A stretch of DNA of 64,000 nt, from the NCBI GenBank assembly GCA_002269645.1, contig NIVC01000073.1, positions 1 through 64,000 of the forward strand, read 5' to 3'. How positions within the stretch are numbered: position 1 is the stretch's first letter; every line of letters starts with the position of its first letter. This document shows positions 12,301 through 24,300 of this stretch, piece after piece. Position numbers and translations under genes: made by a program. Source of the DNA: Macrostomum lignano. Taxonomy: Eukaryota. The notes beneath the pieces were generated by a model. The model was given only the letters and a program-made list of their open reading frames with translations. It was not told the origin of the DNA and searched no databases.

Positions 12301-15300
12301 TACAAGTTTAAGAATCAACTATGCTAGCTAGCTTGTTTTCCTGTGTTTCCACTTTTTTTCGGCTGCTTTTGACTTCGAGTCTTCAATTTTGCCCTAGTTA
12401 AACAGGCAAAAGTTCTGCATAAGAAATAAAATAATTAACCATGCATAATATATTGTTGATTCTGAATTGGCTTTTTTAATTATTGATAATAAAGCTTCCA
12501 AAAATGATGATACTTTAAAGCGGCACGGTAAAGGACTTTACAACGCTTTTATAGACCTTATCATATTCATAGTGTCTTCATAAACCTTTATTCATAGTCT
12601 TCATAGTGTCTTCATAAACCTTTCTACTTCATAGTCTTCATAGTGTCTTCATAAACCTTCCTACTTCATTAGTCTTCATAGCGTCTTCATAAACCTTTAT
12701 TCATAGTCTTCATAGTGTCTTCATAAACCTTCCTACTTCATTAGTCTTCATAGTGTCTTCATAAACCTTTATTCATAGTTTTCATAGTGTCTTCATAAAC
12801 CTTCCTACTTCATTAGTCTTCATAGCGTCTTCATAAACCTTTATTCATAGTTTTCATAGTGTCTTCATAAACCTTTATTCATAGTTTTCATAGTGTCTTC
12901 ATAAACCTTTATTCATAGTTTTCATAGTGTCTTCATAAACCTTCCTACTTCATTAGTCTTCATAGCGTCTTCATAAACCTTTATTCATAGTCTTCATAGT
13001 GTCTTCATAAACCTTTATTCATAGTTTTCGTAGTGTCTTCATAAACCTTTATTCATAGTTTTCATAGTGTCTTCATAAACCTTCCTACTTCATTAGTCTT
13101 CATAGCGTCTTCATAAACCTTTATTCATAGTCTTCATAGTGTCTTCATAAACCTTTATTCATAGTTTTCATAGTGTCTTCATAAACCTTCATTCATAGTT
13201 TTCATAGTGTCTTCATAAACCTTTATTCATAGTTTTCATACTGTCTTCATAAACCTTCCTACTTCATTAGTCTTCATAGTGTCTTCATAAACCTTTATTC
13301 ATAGTCTTCATAGTGTCTTCATAAACCTTCCTACTTCATTAGTCTTCGTTTACAAACATTTCTCCTTTCTTATCTGCTTCCAACAGTTGGAGTCGAACCA
13401 ATGACCAGCACTATCCCAATCCCCTTACCTGATCCCCAGGTGTGCCGTCAAGCCGACCTGCTAGTGGTGGCCATCGGCCGAGCCCAATACGTGAAATCGG
13501 ATTGGATCAAGCCTGGTGCCATTGTCATCGACTGCGGCATCAACAGCCTGCCTGACAGCAGCAGGGCCAGCGGCTATCGTCTGGTTGGCGACGTTGATTT
13601 CAGCGAAGCAAAGTCAGTGGCCGGAGCGATCACGCCAGTTCCCGGCGGTGTTGGGCCCATGACCGTTGCTATGCTATTGCGCAACACGATGGAAGCTGCT
13701 CTGGCTGAAAGGGATAAATCGCTTGCTGGTCAGGTTGGTGTTTCGAAAGTCGGTTGAAATTGACTTTTTATAGATTTTTCTGCTTTTTCATTGATTTAAT
13801 TTGTAGACAGTCAGGTTTGGAAGTCTTTTAGGTCAGTAGCTTACTAATTGATTTTTAGGTCAGTAGCTTACTAATTGATTTTTAGGTCAGTAGCTTACTA
13901 ATAGATTTTTAGGTCAGTAGCTTACTAATTGATTTTTAGGTCAGTAGCTTACTAATTGATTTTTAGGTCAGTAGCTTACTAATAGATTTTTAGGTCAGTA
14001 GCTTACTAATTGATTTTTAGGTCAGTAGCTTACTAATTGATTTTTAGGTCAGTAGCTTACTAATTGATTTTTATATCAGTAGCTTACTAATTGATTTTTA
14101 GGTCAGTAGCTTACTAATTGATTTTTAGGTCAGTAGCTTACTAATAGATTTTTAGGTCAGTAGCTTACTAATTGATTTTTAGGTCAGTAGCTTACTAATT
14201 GATTTTTAGGTCAGTAGCTTACTAATTGATTTTTAGGTCAGTAGCTTACTAATAGATTTTTAGGTCAGTAGCTTACTAATTGATTTTTATATCAGTAGCT
14301 TACTAATTGATTTTTAGGTCAGTAGCTTATTAACTGATTTTTAGGTCAGTAGCTTACTAATTGATTTTTAGGTCAGTAGCTTACTAATTGATTTTTATAT
14401 CAGTAGCTTACTAATTGATTTTTAGGTCAGTAGCTTACTAATTGATTTTTAGGTCAGTAGCTTACTAATTGATTTTTAGGTCAGTAGCTTACTAATTGAT
14501 TTTTAGGTCAGTAGCTTACTAATTGATTTTTAGGTCAGTAGCTTACTAATTGATTTTTAGGTCAGTAACTTACTAATTGATTTTTAGGTCAGTAGCTTAC
14601 TAATTGATTGTTAGGTCAGTAGCTTACTAATTGATTGTTAGGTCAGTAGCTTACTAATTGATTTTTAGATCAGTAGCTTACTAATTGATTTTTAGATCAG
14701 TAGCTTTCTAATTGATTTTTAGGTCAGTAGCTTACTAATTGATTTTTTGGTCAGTAGCTTACTAATTGATTTTTTGGTCAGTAGCTTACTAATTGATTTT
14801 TAGATCAGTAGCTTACTAATTGATTTTTTGGTCAGTAGCTTACTAATTGATTTTTAGGTCAGTAGCTTACTAATTGATTTTTATATCAGTAGCTTACTAA
14901 TTGATTTTTTGGTCAGTAGCTTACTAATTGATTTTTATATCAGTAGCTTACTAATTGATTTTTTGGTCAGTAGCTTACTAATTGATTTTTAGGTCAGTAG
15001 CTTACTAATTGATTTTTATATCAGTAGCTTACTAATTGATTTTTAGGTCAGTAGCTTACTAATTGATTTTTATATCAGTAGCTTACTAATTGATTTTTTG
15101 GTCAGTAGCTTACTAATTGATTTTTAGATCAGTAGCTTACTAATTGATTTTTAGGTCAGTAGCTTACTAATTGATTTTTAGGTCAGTAGCTTACTAATTG
15201 ATTTTTTGGTCAGTAGCTTACTAATTGATTTTTAGGTCAGTAGCTTTCTAATTGATTTTTAGGTCAGTAGCTTACTAATTGATTTTTAGATCAGTAGCTT

Positions 15301-18300
15301 ACTAATTGATTTTTAGGTCAGTAGATTACTAATTGATTTTTAGATCAGTAGCTTACTAATTGATTTTTAGGTCAGTAGCTTACTAATTGATTTTTAGGTC
15401 AGTAGCTTTCTAATTGATTTTTAGGTCAGTAGCTTACTAATTGATTTTTAGATCAGTAGCTTACTAATTGATTTTTAGGTCAGTAGCTTACTAATTGATT
15501 TTTAGGTCAGTAGCTTACTAATTGATTTTTAGGTCAGTAGCTTACTAATTGATTTTTAGGTCAGTAACTAACTTAATAATAGATTTTTAGGTCTACCTAC
15601 CTGCCTACATACCGACAAACCATTTTTAGTGTATGGAAGTTGCTAATTAAGTTTTCAGTCAGATTCAACGATTTCCCAGGTCTGTCAAATTTCTACCTAT
15701 GGCCGTGAATTAAATATTCTGTATTTATATTTCCACCGCAGACCTGGAAGCTAAGCGGCATTCCACCCGTGCCTAAAGTGCCAGTACCATCCGATATCGA
15801 CATAAGTCGATCGGCCACGCTTAAACGAGTGGATCAGCTAGCTGGGGAGATTGGCGTGCTGCCAAGTGAGCTGGAACAGTACGGCCATCATAAGGCCAAG
15901 ATTTCTTTGAAGTGAGTGATGAGTGATTTTAAAGGGGTCGAAATCCAAATTAGTTTGTCAGATAGCGCCATAATGTGTCAGTTAGGATAGAGCCATGACA
16001 TATGGGTGTCAGATAGCGCCATAATGTGTCAGTTAGGATAGAGCCATGACATATGGGTGTCAGATAGCGCCATAATGTGTCAGTTAGGATAGAGCCATGA
16101 CATATGGGTGTCAGATAGCGCCATAATGTGTCAGTTAGGATAGAGCCAGGACATATGGGTGTCAGATAGCGCCATAATGTGTCAGTTAGGATAGAGCCAT
16201 GACATATGGGTGTCAGATAGGGCTATGACATACGGGTGTCAGATAGCGCTATGACATAGGGGTGTCAGATAGCGCTATGACATATGGGTGTCAGATAGCG
16301 CTATGACATAGGGGTGTCAGATAGCGCTATGACATGGGTGTCAGATAGGGCTATGACATATGGGTGTCAGATAGCGCTATGACATAGGGGTGTCAGATAG
16401 CGCTATGACATAGGGGTGTCAGATAGCGCTATGACATAGGGGTGTCAGATAGCGCCATGACATAGGTGTCAGATAGCGCCATGAAATAGGTGTCAGATAG
16501 CGCCATGATATAGGTGTCAGATAGCGCAATGACATAGGGGTGTCAGATAGCGCCATGACATATGGGTGTCAGATAGCGCCATGACATAGGTGTCAGATAG
16601 CGCCATGACATAGGTGTCAGAAAGCGCCATGACATAGGTGTCAGATAGCGCCATGACATAGGTGTCAGATAGCGCCATGACATAGGTGTCAGATAGCGCC
16701 ATGACATAGGTGTCAGATAGCGCCATGACATAGGTGTCAGATAGCGCCATGACATAGGTGTCAGATAGCGCCATGACATAGGTGTCAGATAGCGCCATGA
16801 CATATGGGTGTCAGATAGCGCCATGACATAGGTGTCAGATAGCGCCATGACATAGGTGTCAGAAAGCGCCATGACATAGGTGTCAGATAGCGCCATGACA
16901 TAGGTGTCAGATAGCGCCATGACATAGGTGTCAGATAGCGCCATGACATAGGTGTCAGATAGCGCCATGACATAGGTGTCAGATAGCGCCATGACATAGG
17001 TGTCAGATAGCGCCATGACATAGGTGTCAGATAGCGCCATGACATATGGGTGTCAGATAGCGCCATGACATAGGTGTCAGATAGCGCCATGACATAGGTG
17101 TCAGATAGCGCCATGACATAGGTGTCAGATAGCGCCATGACATAGGTGTCAGATAGCGCCATGACATAGGTGTCAGATAGCGCCATGACATAGGTGTCAG
17201 ATAGCGCCATGACATATGGGTGTCAGATAGCGCCATGACATAGGTGTCAGATAGCGCCATGACATAGGTGTCAGAAAGCGCCATGACATAGGTGTCAGAT
17301 AGCGCCATGACATAGGTGTCAGATAGCGCCATGACATAGGTGTCAGATAGCGCCATGACATAGGTGTCAGAAAGCGCCATGACATAGGTGTCAGATAGCG
17401 CCATGACATAGGTGTCAGATAGCGCCATGACATAGGTGTCAGATAACGCCATGATTTAACAACGGTACAATTTTACAATTTCAGAATCCTGGATCGCCTG
17501 TCGTCAGCCCCGGACGGCAAGCTGACATTCGTCACTGGCATCACGCCGACTCCGCTTGGCGAAGGCAAGAGCACAACAACGCTGGGCCTGGTGCAGGCCT
17601 TCACTGAGATTGGCGTCAACTCGTGCGCCTGCATTCGGCAGCCGTCTCAGGGGCCAACGTTTGGCGTTAAAGGTGTGTTTTGTACTATGTCTCTATAATT
17701 AGCGCTTTTCGTGTACATGGCGCGCGCGCGCTTATACAAGTTTGGCTTAACCCGATATCCAGGTGGCGCTGCCGGCGGCGGCTACTCCCAGGTAATCCCG
17801 ATGGACGAATTCAATCTTCACCTGACTGGCGATATTCACGCCGTGACGGCTGCTAACAATCTGATGGCGTCGGCCATAGACACCAGACTGTTTCACGAGT
17901 CTACTCAGTCCGACGAGGCCCTGTACAGGCGCCTGGCGCCCAAGGATAAACCGTTTACCGAGGTGCAACAGCGCCGGCTGCAGAAGCTGGGCATCGATAA
18001 GAAAATGCCGTCTGAACTCACTGCAGAAGAGGTTAGTAATATCGTGGGATTATACGTGCAATTTTTTGTGGTTAGTTGTACAAATATCGGTACACTATAG
18101 TGTACAAGTGTTTACAATGTACAGCTACAGTACAGAAGAGTGTACATGTACAAGTGTGTACAATGTACAGCTACAGTACAGAAGAGTGTACATGTACAAG
18201 TGTGTACAATGTACAGCTACAGTACAGAAGAGTGTACATGTACAAGTGTGTACAATGTACAGCTAAAGTACAGAAAAGTGTGCATGTACAAGTGTGTACA

Positions 18301-21300
18301 ATGTACAGCTACAGTACAGAAGAGTGTAAATGTACACGTGTGTACAATGTACAGCTACAGTACAGAAGAGTGTACATGTACAAGTGTGTACAATGTACAT
18401 CTACAGTACAGAGGAGTGTACATGTACAAGTGTGTACAATGTACAGCTACAGTACAGAAGAGTGTACATGTACAAGTGTGTACAATGTACATCTACAGTA
18501 CAGAAGAGTGTACATGTACAAGTGTGTACAATGTACAGCTACAGTACAGAAGAGTGTACATGTACAAGTGTGTACAATGTACAGCTACAGTACAGAAGAG
18601 TGTACATGTACAAGTGTGCCGCCTCCCCATCCCCTGCCAGGCGCGAGCATTCTCCCGGCTGGACATTGACCCGGCCACCATCACCTGGCAGCGGGTGATT
18701 GACACCAGCGATCGGTTCCTACGCGACATCACTATTGGCCAGGGGCCGAACGAGAAAAGCATGACCAGGCGCTGCAAATTCGACATCTCAGTAGCCAGCG
18801 AGATCATGGCAGTGCTGGCTCTGAGCACTAGCCTAGCCGATCTCAAGCAGCGCCTAGGCCGCATGGTATTTGGCCTGTCAAAATCTGGCGCGGCTCTTAC
18901 AGCTGACGATCTGGGAGTCACAGGTGCTCTGTGCGTCCTGCTTAAAGACTGCTTGAAGCCGAATCTGATGCAGACACTGGCTGGCGGGCCCTGCCTTGTC
19001 CATTGCGGCCCGTTTGCCAACATAGCGCACGGTAATTCCAGCGTTGTAGCCGACCAGGTCGCTATGAAATTGGTTGGCCCTTCTGGTTTTGCCGTGACGG
19101 AATCCGGTTTCGGCTCCGATATGGGCTTTGAGAAGGGAATGCACATCAAGTGCCGCAGTTCGGGGCTTCAACCGCACAGCGTCGTTCTGGTGGCCACAGT
19201 TCGGGCCTTGAAATATCACGGCGGCGGGCCAAAGATTCTTGGCGGCGGCGCTCCCCTGCCCGACGAATATCGGCGCGAATCGGTGGACCTGGTCGTGAAG
19301 GGCTGCGAGAATCTGGCTCAGCACGTGGCTATTGTTAGGTTAGCTCTCATTGGAGGATAGCGGGTCTCATTGGAGGGTTGTGTGTCTCATTGGAGGGTTG
19401 CTGGTCTCATTGGAGGGTTGTGTGTCTCATTGGAGGGTTGCTGGTCTCATTGGAGGGTTGTGTGTCTCATTGGAGGGTTGTGTGTCTCATTGGAGGGTTG
19501 TGTGTCTCATTGGAGGGTTGTGCGTCTCATTGGAGGGTTGTGTGTCTCATTGGAGGGTTGTGTGTCTCATTGGAGGGTTTTGTCTCATTGGAGGGTTGTG
19601 TGTCTCATTGGAGGGTTGTGTGTCTCATTGGAGGGTTGTGTGTCTCATTGGAGGGTTGTGTGTCTCATTGGAGGGTTGTGTGTCTCATTGGAGGGTTGTG
19701 TGTCTCATTGGAGGGTTGTGTGTCTCATTGGAGGGTTGTGTGTCTCATTGGAGGGTTGTGTGTCTCATTGGAGGGTTGTGTGTCTCATTGGAGGGTTGTG
19801 TGTCTCATTGGAGGGTTGTGTGTCTCATTGGAGGGTTGTGTGTCTCATTGGAGGGTTGTGTGTCTCATTGGAGGGTTGTGTGTCTCATTGGAGGGTTGTG
19901 TGTCTCATTGGAGGGTTGTGTGTCTCATTGGAGGGTTGTGTGTCTCATTGGAGGGTTGTGTGTCTCATTGGAGGGTTGTGTGTCTCATTGGAGGGTTGTG
20001 TGTCTCATTGGAGGGTTGCTTGTCTCATTGGAGGGTTGCTGGTCTCATTGGAGGGTAGCGGGTCTCATTGGAGGATTGCGGGTCTCATTGGAGGGTTGCT
20101 GGTCTCATTGGAGGGTTGCGGGTCTCATTGGAGGGTTGTGTGTCTCATTGGAGGATTGCGGGTCTCATTGGAGGGTTGCTGGTCTCATTCAAGGGTTGCG
20201 GGTTTCATTGGAGGGTTGTGTGTCTCATTGGAGGGTTGCTGGTCTCATTGGAGGGTAGCGGGTCTCATTGAAGGGTTGTGTCTCATTGGAGGGTTGTGTG
20301 TCTCATTAGAGGGTCGCTGGTCTCATTGGAGGGTAGCGGGTCTCATTGGAGGGTTGTGTGTCTCATTGGAGGGTCGCTGGTCTCATTGGAGGGTAGCGGG
20401 TCTCATTGGAGGGTTGTGTGTCTCATTGGAGGGTCGCTGGTCTCATTGGAGGGTAGCGGGTCTCATTGGAGGGTTGTGTGTCTCATTGGAGGGTCGCTGG
20501 TCTCATTGGAGGGTAGCGGGTCTCATTGGAGGGTTGTGTGTCTCATTCGAGGGTTGTGTGTCTCATTGGAGGGTTGTGTGTCTCATTGGAGGGTCGCTGG
20601 TCTCATTGGAGGGTGGGTCTCATTGGAGGGTTGTGTGTCTCATTCGAGGGTGTGTCTCATTGGAGGGTTGCTGGTCTCATTGGAGGGTTGCTGGTCTCAT
20701 TGGAGGATTGCGGGTCTCATTGGAGGGTTGCTGGTCTCATTGGAGGGTTGCTGGTCTCATTAGAGGGTTGCTGGTCTCATTGGAGGGTTGCGTGTCTCAT
20801 TGGAGGGTTGTGTGTCTCATTGGAGGGTTGTGTGTCTCATTGGAGGGTTGTGTGTCTCATTGGAGGGTTGTGTGTCTCATTGGAGGGTTGTGTGTCTCAT
20901 TGGAGGGTTGTGTGTCTCATTGGAGGGTTGTGTGTCTCATTGGAGGGTTGTGTGTCTCATTGGAGGGTTGTGTGTCTCATTGGAGGGTTGTGTGTCTCAT
21001 TGGAGGGTTGTGTGTCTCATTGGAGGGTTGTGTGTCTCATTGGAGGGTTGTGTGTCTCATTGGAGGGTTGTGTGTCTCATTGGAGGGTTGTGTGTCTCAT
21101 TGGAGGGTTGTGTGTCTCATTGGAGGGTTGTGTGTCTCATTGGAGGGTTGTGTGTCTCATTGGAGGGTTGCTTGTCTCATTGGAGGGTTGCTGGTCTCAT
21201 TGGAGGGTAGCGGGTCTCATTGGAGGATTGCGGGTCTCATTGGAGGGTTGCTGGTCTCATTGGAGGGTTGCGGGTCTCATTGGAGGGTTGTGTGTCTCAT

Positions 21301-24300
21301 TGGAGGATTGCGGGTCTCATTGGAGGGTTGCTGGTCTCATTCAAGGGTTGCGGGTTTCATTGGAGGGTTGTGTGTCTCATTGGAGGGTTGCTGGTCTCAT
21401 TGGAGGGTAGCGGGTCTCATTGAAGGGTTGTGTCTCATTGGAGGGTTGTGTGTCTCATTAGAGGGTCGCTGGTCTCATTGGAGGGTAGCGGGTCTCATTG
21501 GAGGGTTGTGTGTCTCATTGGAGGGTCGCTGGTCTCATTGGAGGGTAGCGGGTCTCATTGGAGGGTTGTGTGTCTCATTGGAGGGTCGCTGGTCTCATTG
21601 GAGGGTAGCGGGTCTCATTGGAGGGTTGTGTGTCTCATTGGAGGGTCGCTGGTCTCATTGGAGGGTAGCGGGTCTCATTGGAGGGTTGTGTGTCTCATTC
21701 GAGGGTTGTGTGTCTCATTGGAGGGTTGTGTGTCTCATTGGAGGGTCGCTGGTCTCATTGGAGGGTAGCGGGTCTCATTGGAGGGTTGTGTGTCTCATTC
21801 GAGGGTTGTGTGTCTCATTGGAGGGTTGCTGGTCTCATTGGAGGGTTGCTGGTCTCATTGGAGGATTGCGGGTCTCATTAGAGGGTTGCTGGTCTCATTG
21901 GAGGGTTGCTGGTTTCATTAGAGGGTTGCTGGTCTCATTGGAGGGTTGCGTGTCTCATTGGAGGGTTGCGTGTCTCATTGGAGGGTTGTGTGTCTCATTG
22001 GAGGGTTGCTGGTCTCATTAGAGGGTTGCTGGTCTCATTGGAGGGTTGCCGGTCTCATTGGAGGGTTGTGTGTCTCCTTGAAGGGTTGTGTGTCTCATTG
22101 GAGGGTTGCTGGTCTCATTAGAGGGTTGCTGGTCTCATTGGAGGGTTGCGGGTCTCATTGGAGGGTTGTGTGTCTCATTGGAGGGTTGCGGGTCTCATTG
22201 GAGGGTTGTGTGTCTCATTGGAGGGTTGCTGGTCTCATTGGAGGGTAGCGGGTCTCATTGGAGGGTTGTGTGTCTCATTCGAGGGTTGCTGGTCTCATTG
22301 GAGGGTTGCGTGTCTCATTGGAGGGTTGTGTGTCTCATTGGAGGGTTGTGTGTCTCATTGGAGGGTTGTGTGTCTCATTGGAGGGTTGTGTGTTTCATTG
22401 GAGGGTCGCTGGTCTCATTGGAGGGTAGCGGGTCTCATTGGAGGGTTTCCGGTCTCATTGGAGGCTTGTGTGTCTCATTGGAGGGTTGTGTGTCTCATTG
22501 GAGGGTTGCTGGTCTCATTGGAGGGTTGCTGGTCTCATTGGAGGGTTGCTGGTCTCATTGGAGGGTTGCGGGTCTCATTGGAGGGTTGCGGGTCTCATTG
22601 GAGGGTTGCTGGTCTCATTGAAGGGTTGCGGGTTTCATTGGAGGATTGCGGGTCTCATTGGAGGGTTGTGTGTCTCATTGGAGGGTTGCTGGTCTCATTA
22701 GAGGGTTGCTGGTCTCATTGGAGGGTTGCGTGTCTCATTGGAGGGTTGTGTGTCTCATTGGAGGGTTGTGTGTCTCATTGGAGGGTTGTGTGTCTCATTG
22801 GAGGGTTGTGTGTCTCATTGGAGGGTTGTGTGTCTCATTGGAGGGTTGTGTGTCTCATTGGAGGGGTTTTTGTCTCATTGGAGGGTTGTGTGTCTCATTG
22901 GAGGGTTGTGTGTCTCATTGGAGGGTTGTGTGTCTCATTGGAGGGTTGCTGGTCTCATTGGAGGGTAGCGGGTCTCATTGAAGGGTTGTGTCTCATTGGA
23001 GGGTTGTGTGTCTCATTGGAGGGTCGCTGGTCTCATTGGAGGGTAGCGGGTCTCATTGGAGGGTTGTGTGTCTCATTGGAGGGTCGCTGGTCTCATTGGA
23101 GGGTAGCGGGTCTCATTGGAGGGTTGTGTGTCTCATTGGAGGGTCGCTGGTCTCATTGGAGGGTAGCGGGTCTCATTGGAGGGTTGTGTGTCTCATTGGA
23201 GGGTCGCTGGTCTCATTGGAGGGTAGCGGGTCTCATTGGAGGGTTGTGTGTCTCATTCGAGGGTTGTGTGTCTCATTGGAGGGTTGTGTGTCTCATTGAA
23301 GGGTTGTGTGTCTCATTGGAGGGTTGTGTGTCTCATTGGAGGGTCGCTGGTCTCATTGGAGGGTAGCGGGTCTCATTGGAGAGTTGTGTGTCTCATTCGA
23401 GGGTTGTGTGTCTCATTGGAGGGTTGCTGGTCTCATTGGAGGGTTGCTGGTCTCATTGGAGGGTTGTGTGTCTCCTTGTTGGGTTGTGTGTCTCATTGGA
23501 GGGTTGCTGGTCTCATTAGAGGGTTGCTGGTCTCATTGGAGGGTAGCGGGTCTCATTGGAGGGTTGCTGGTCTCATTAGAGGGTTGCTGGTCTCATTGGA
23601 GGGTTGCGTGTCTCATTGGAGGGTTGTGTGTCTCATTGGAGGGTTGCTGGTCTCATTGGAGGGTTGCGGGTCTCATTGGAGGGTTGCTGGTCTCATTAGA
23701 GGGTTGCTGGTCTCATTGGAGGGTTGCGTGTCTCATTGGAGGGTTGTGTGTCTCATTGGAGGGTTGTGTGTCTCATTGGAGGGTTGTGTGTCTCATTGGA
23801 GGGTTGTGTGTCTCATTGGAGGGTCGCTGGTCTCATTGGAGGGTAGCGGGTCTCATTGGAGGGTTTCCGGTCTCATTGGAGGCTTGTGTGTCTCATTGGA
23901 GGGTTGTGTGTCTCATTGGAGGGTTGCTGGTCTCATTGGAGGGTTGCTGGTCTCATTGGAGGGTTGCTGGTCTCATTGGAGGGTAGCGGGTCTCATTGAA
24001 GGGTTGCGGGTCTCATTGGAGGATTGCTGGTCTCATTGAAGGGTTGCGGGTCTCATTGGAGGGTTGCTGGTCTCATTGAAGGGTTGTGTGTCTCATTGGA
24101 GGGTTGTGTGTCTCATTGGAGGGTCGCTGGTCTCATTGGAGGGTAGCGGGTCTCATTGGAGGGTTGTGTGTCTCATTCGAGGGTTGTGTGTCTCATTGGA
24201 GGGTTGCTGGTCTCATTGGAGGGTTGCTGGTCTCATTGGAGGATTGCGGGTCTCATTAGAGGGTTGCTGGTCTCATTGGAGGGTTGCTGGTTTCATTAGA

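Noticed and set aside
18140-18640. Cys/Tyr-rich N-terminal extension in frame with MTHFD1 exon 9
   Set aside because: It is the 46-nt intronic repeat. Exon 8 read-through stops at 18100, and the GT-AG model restores the conserved protein.
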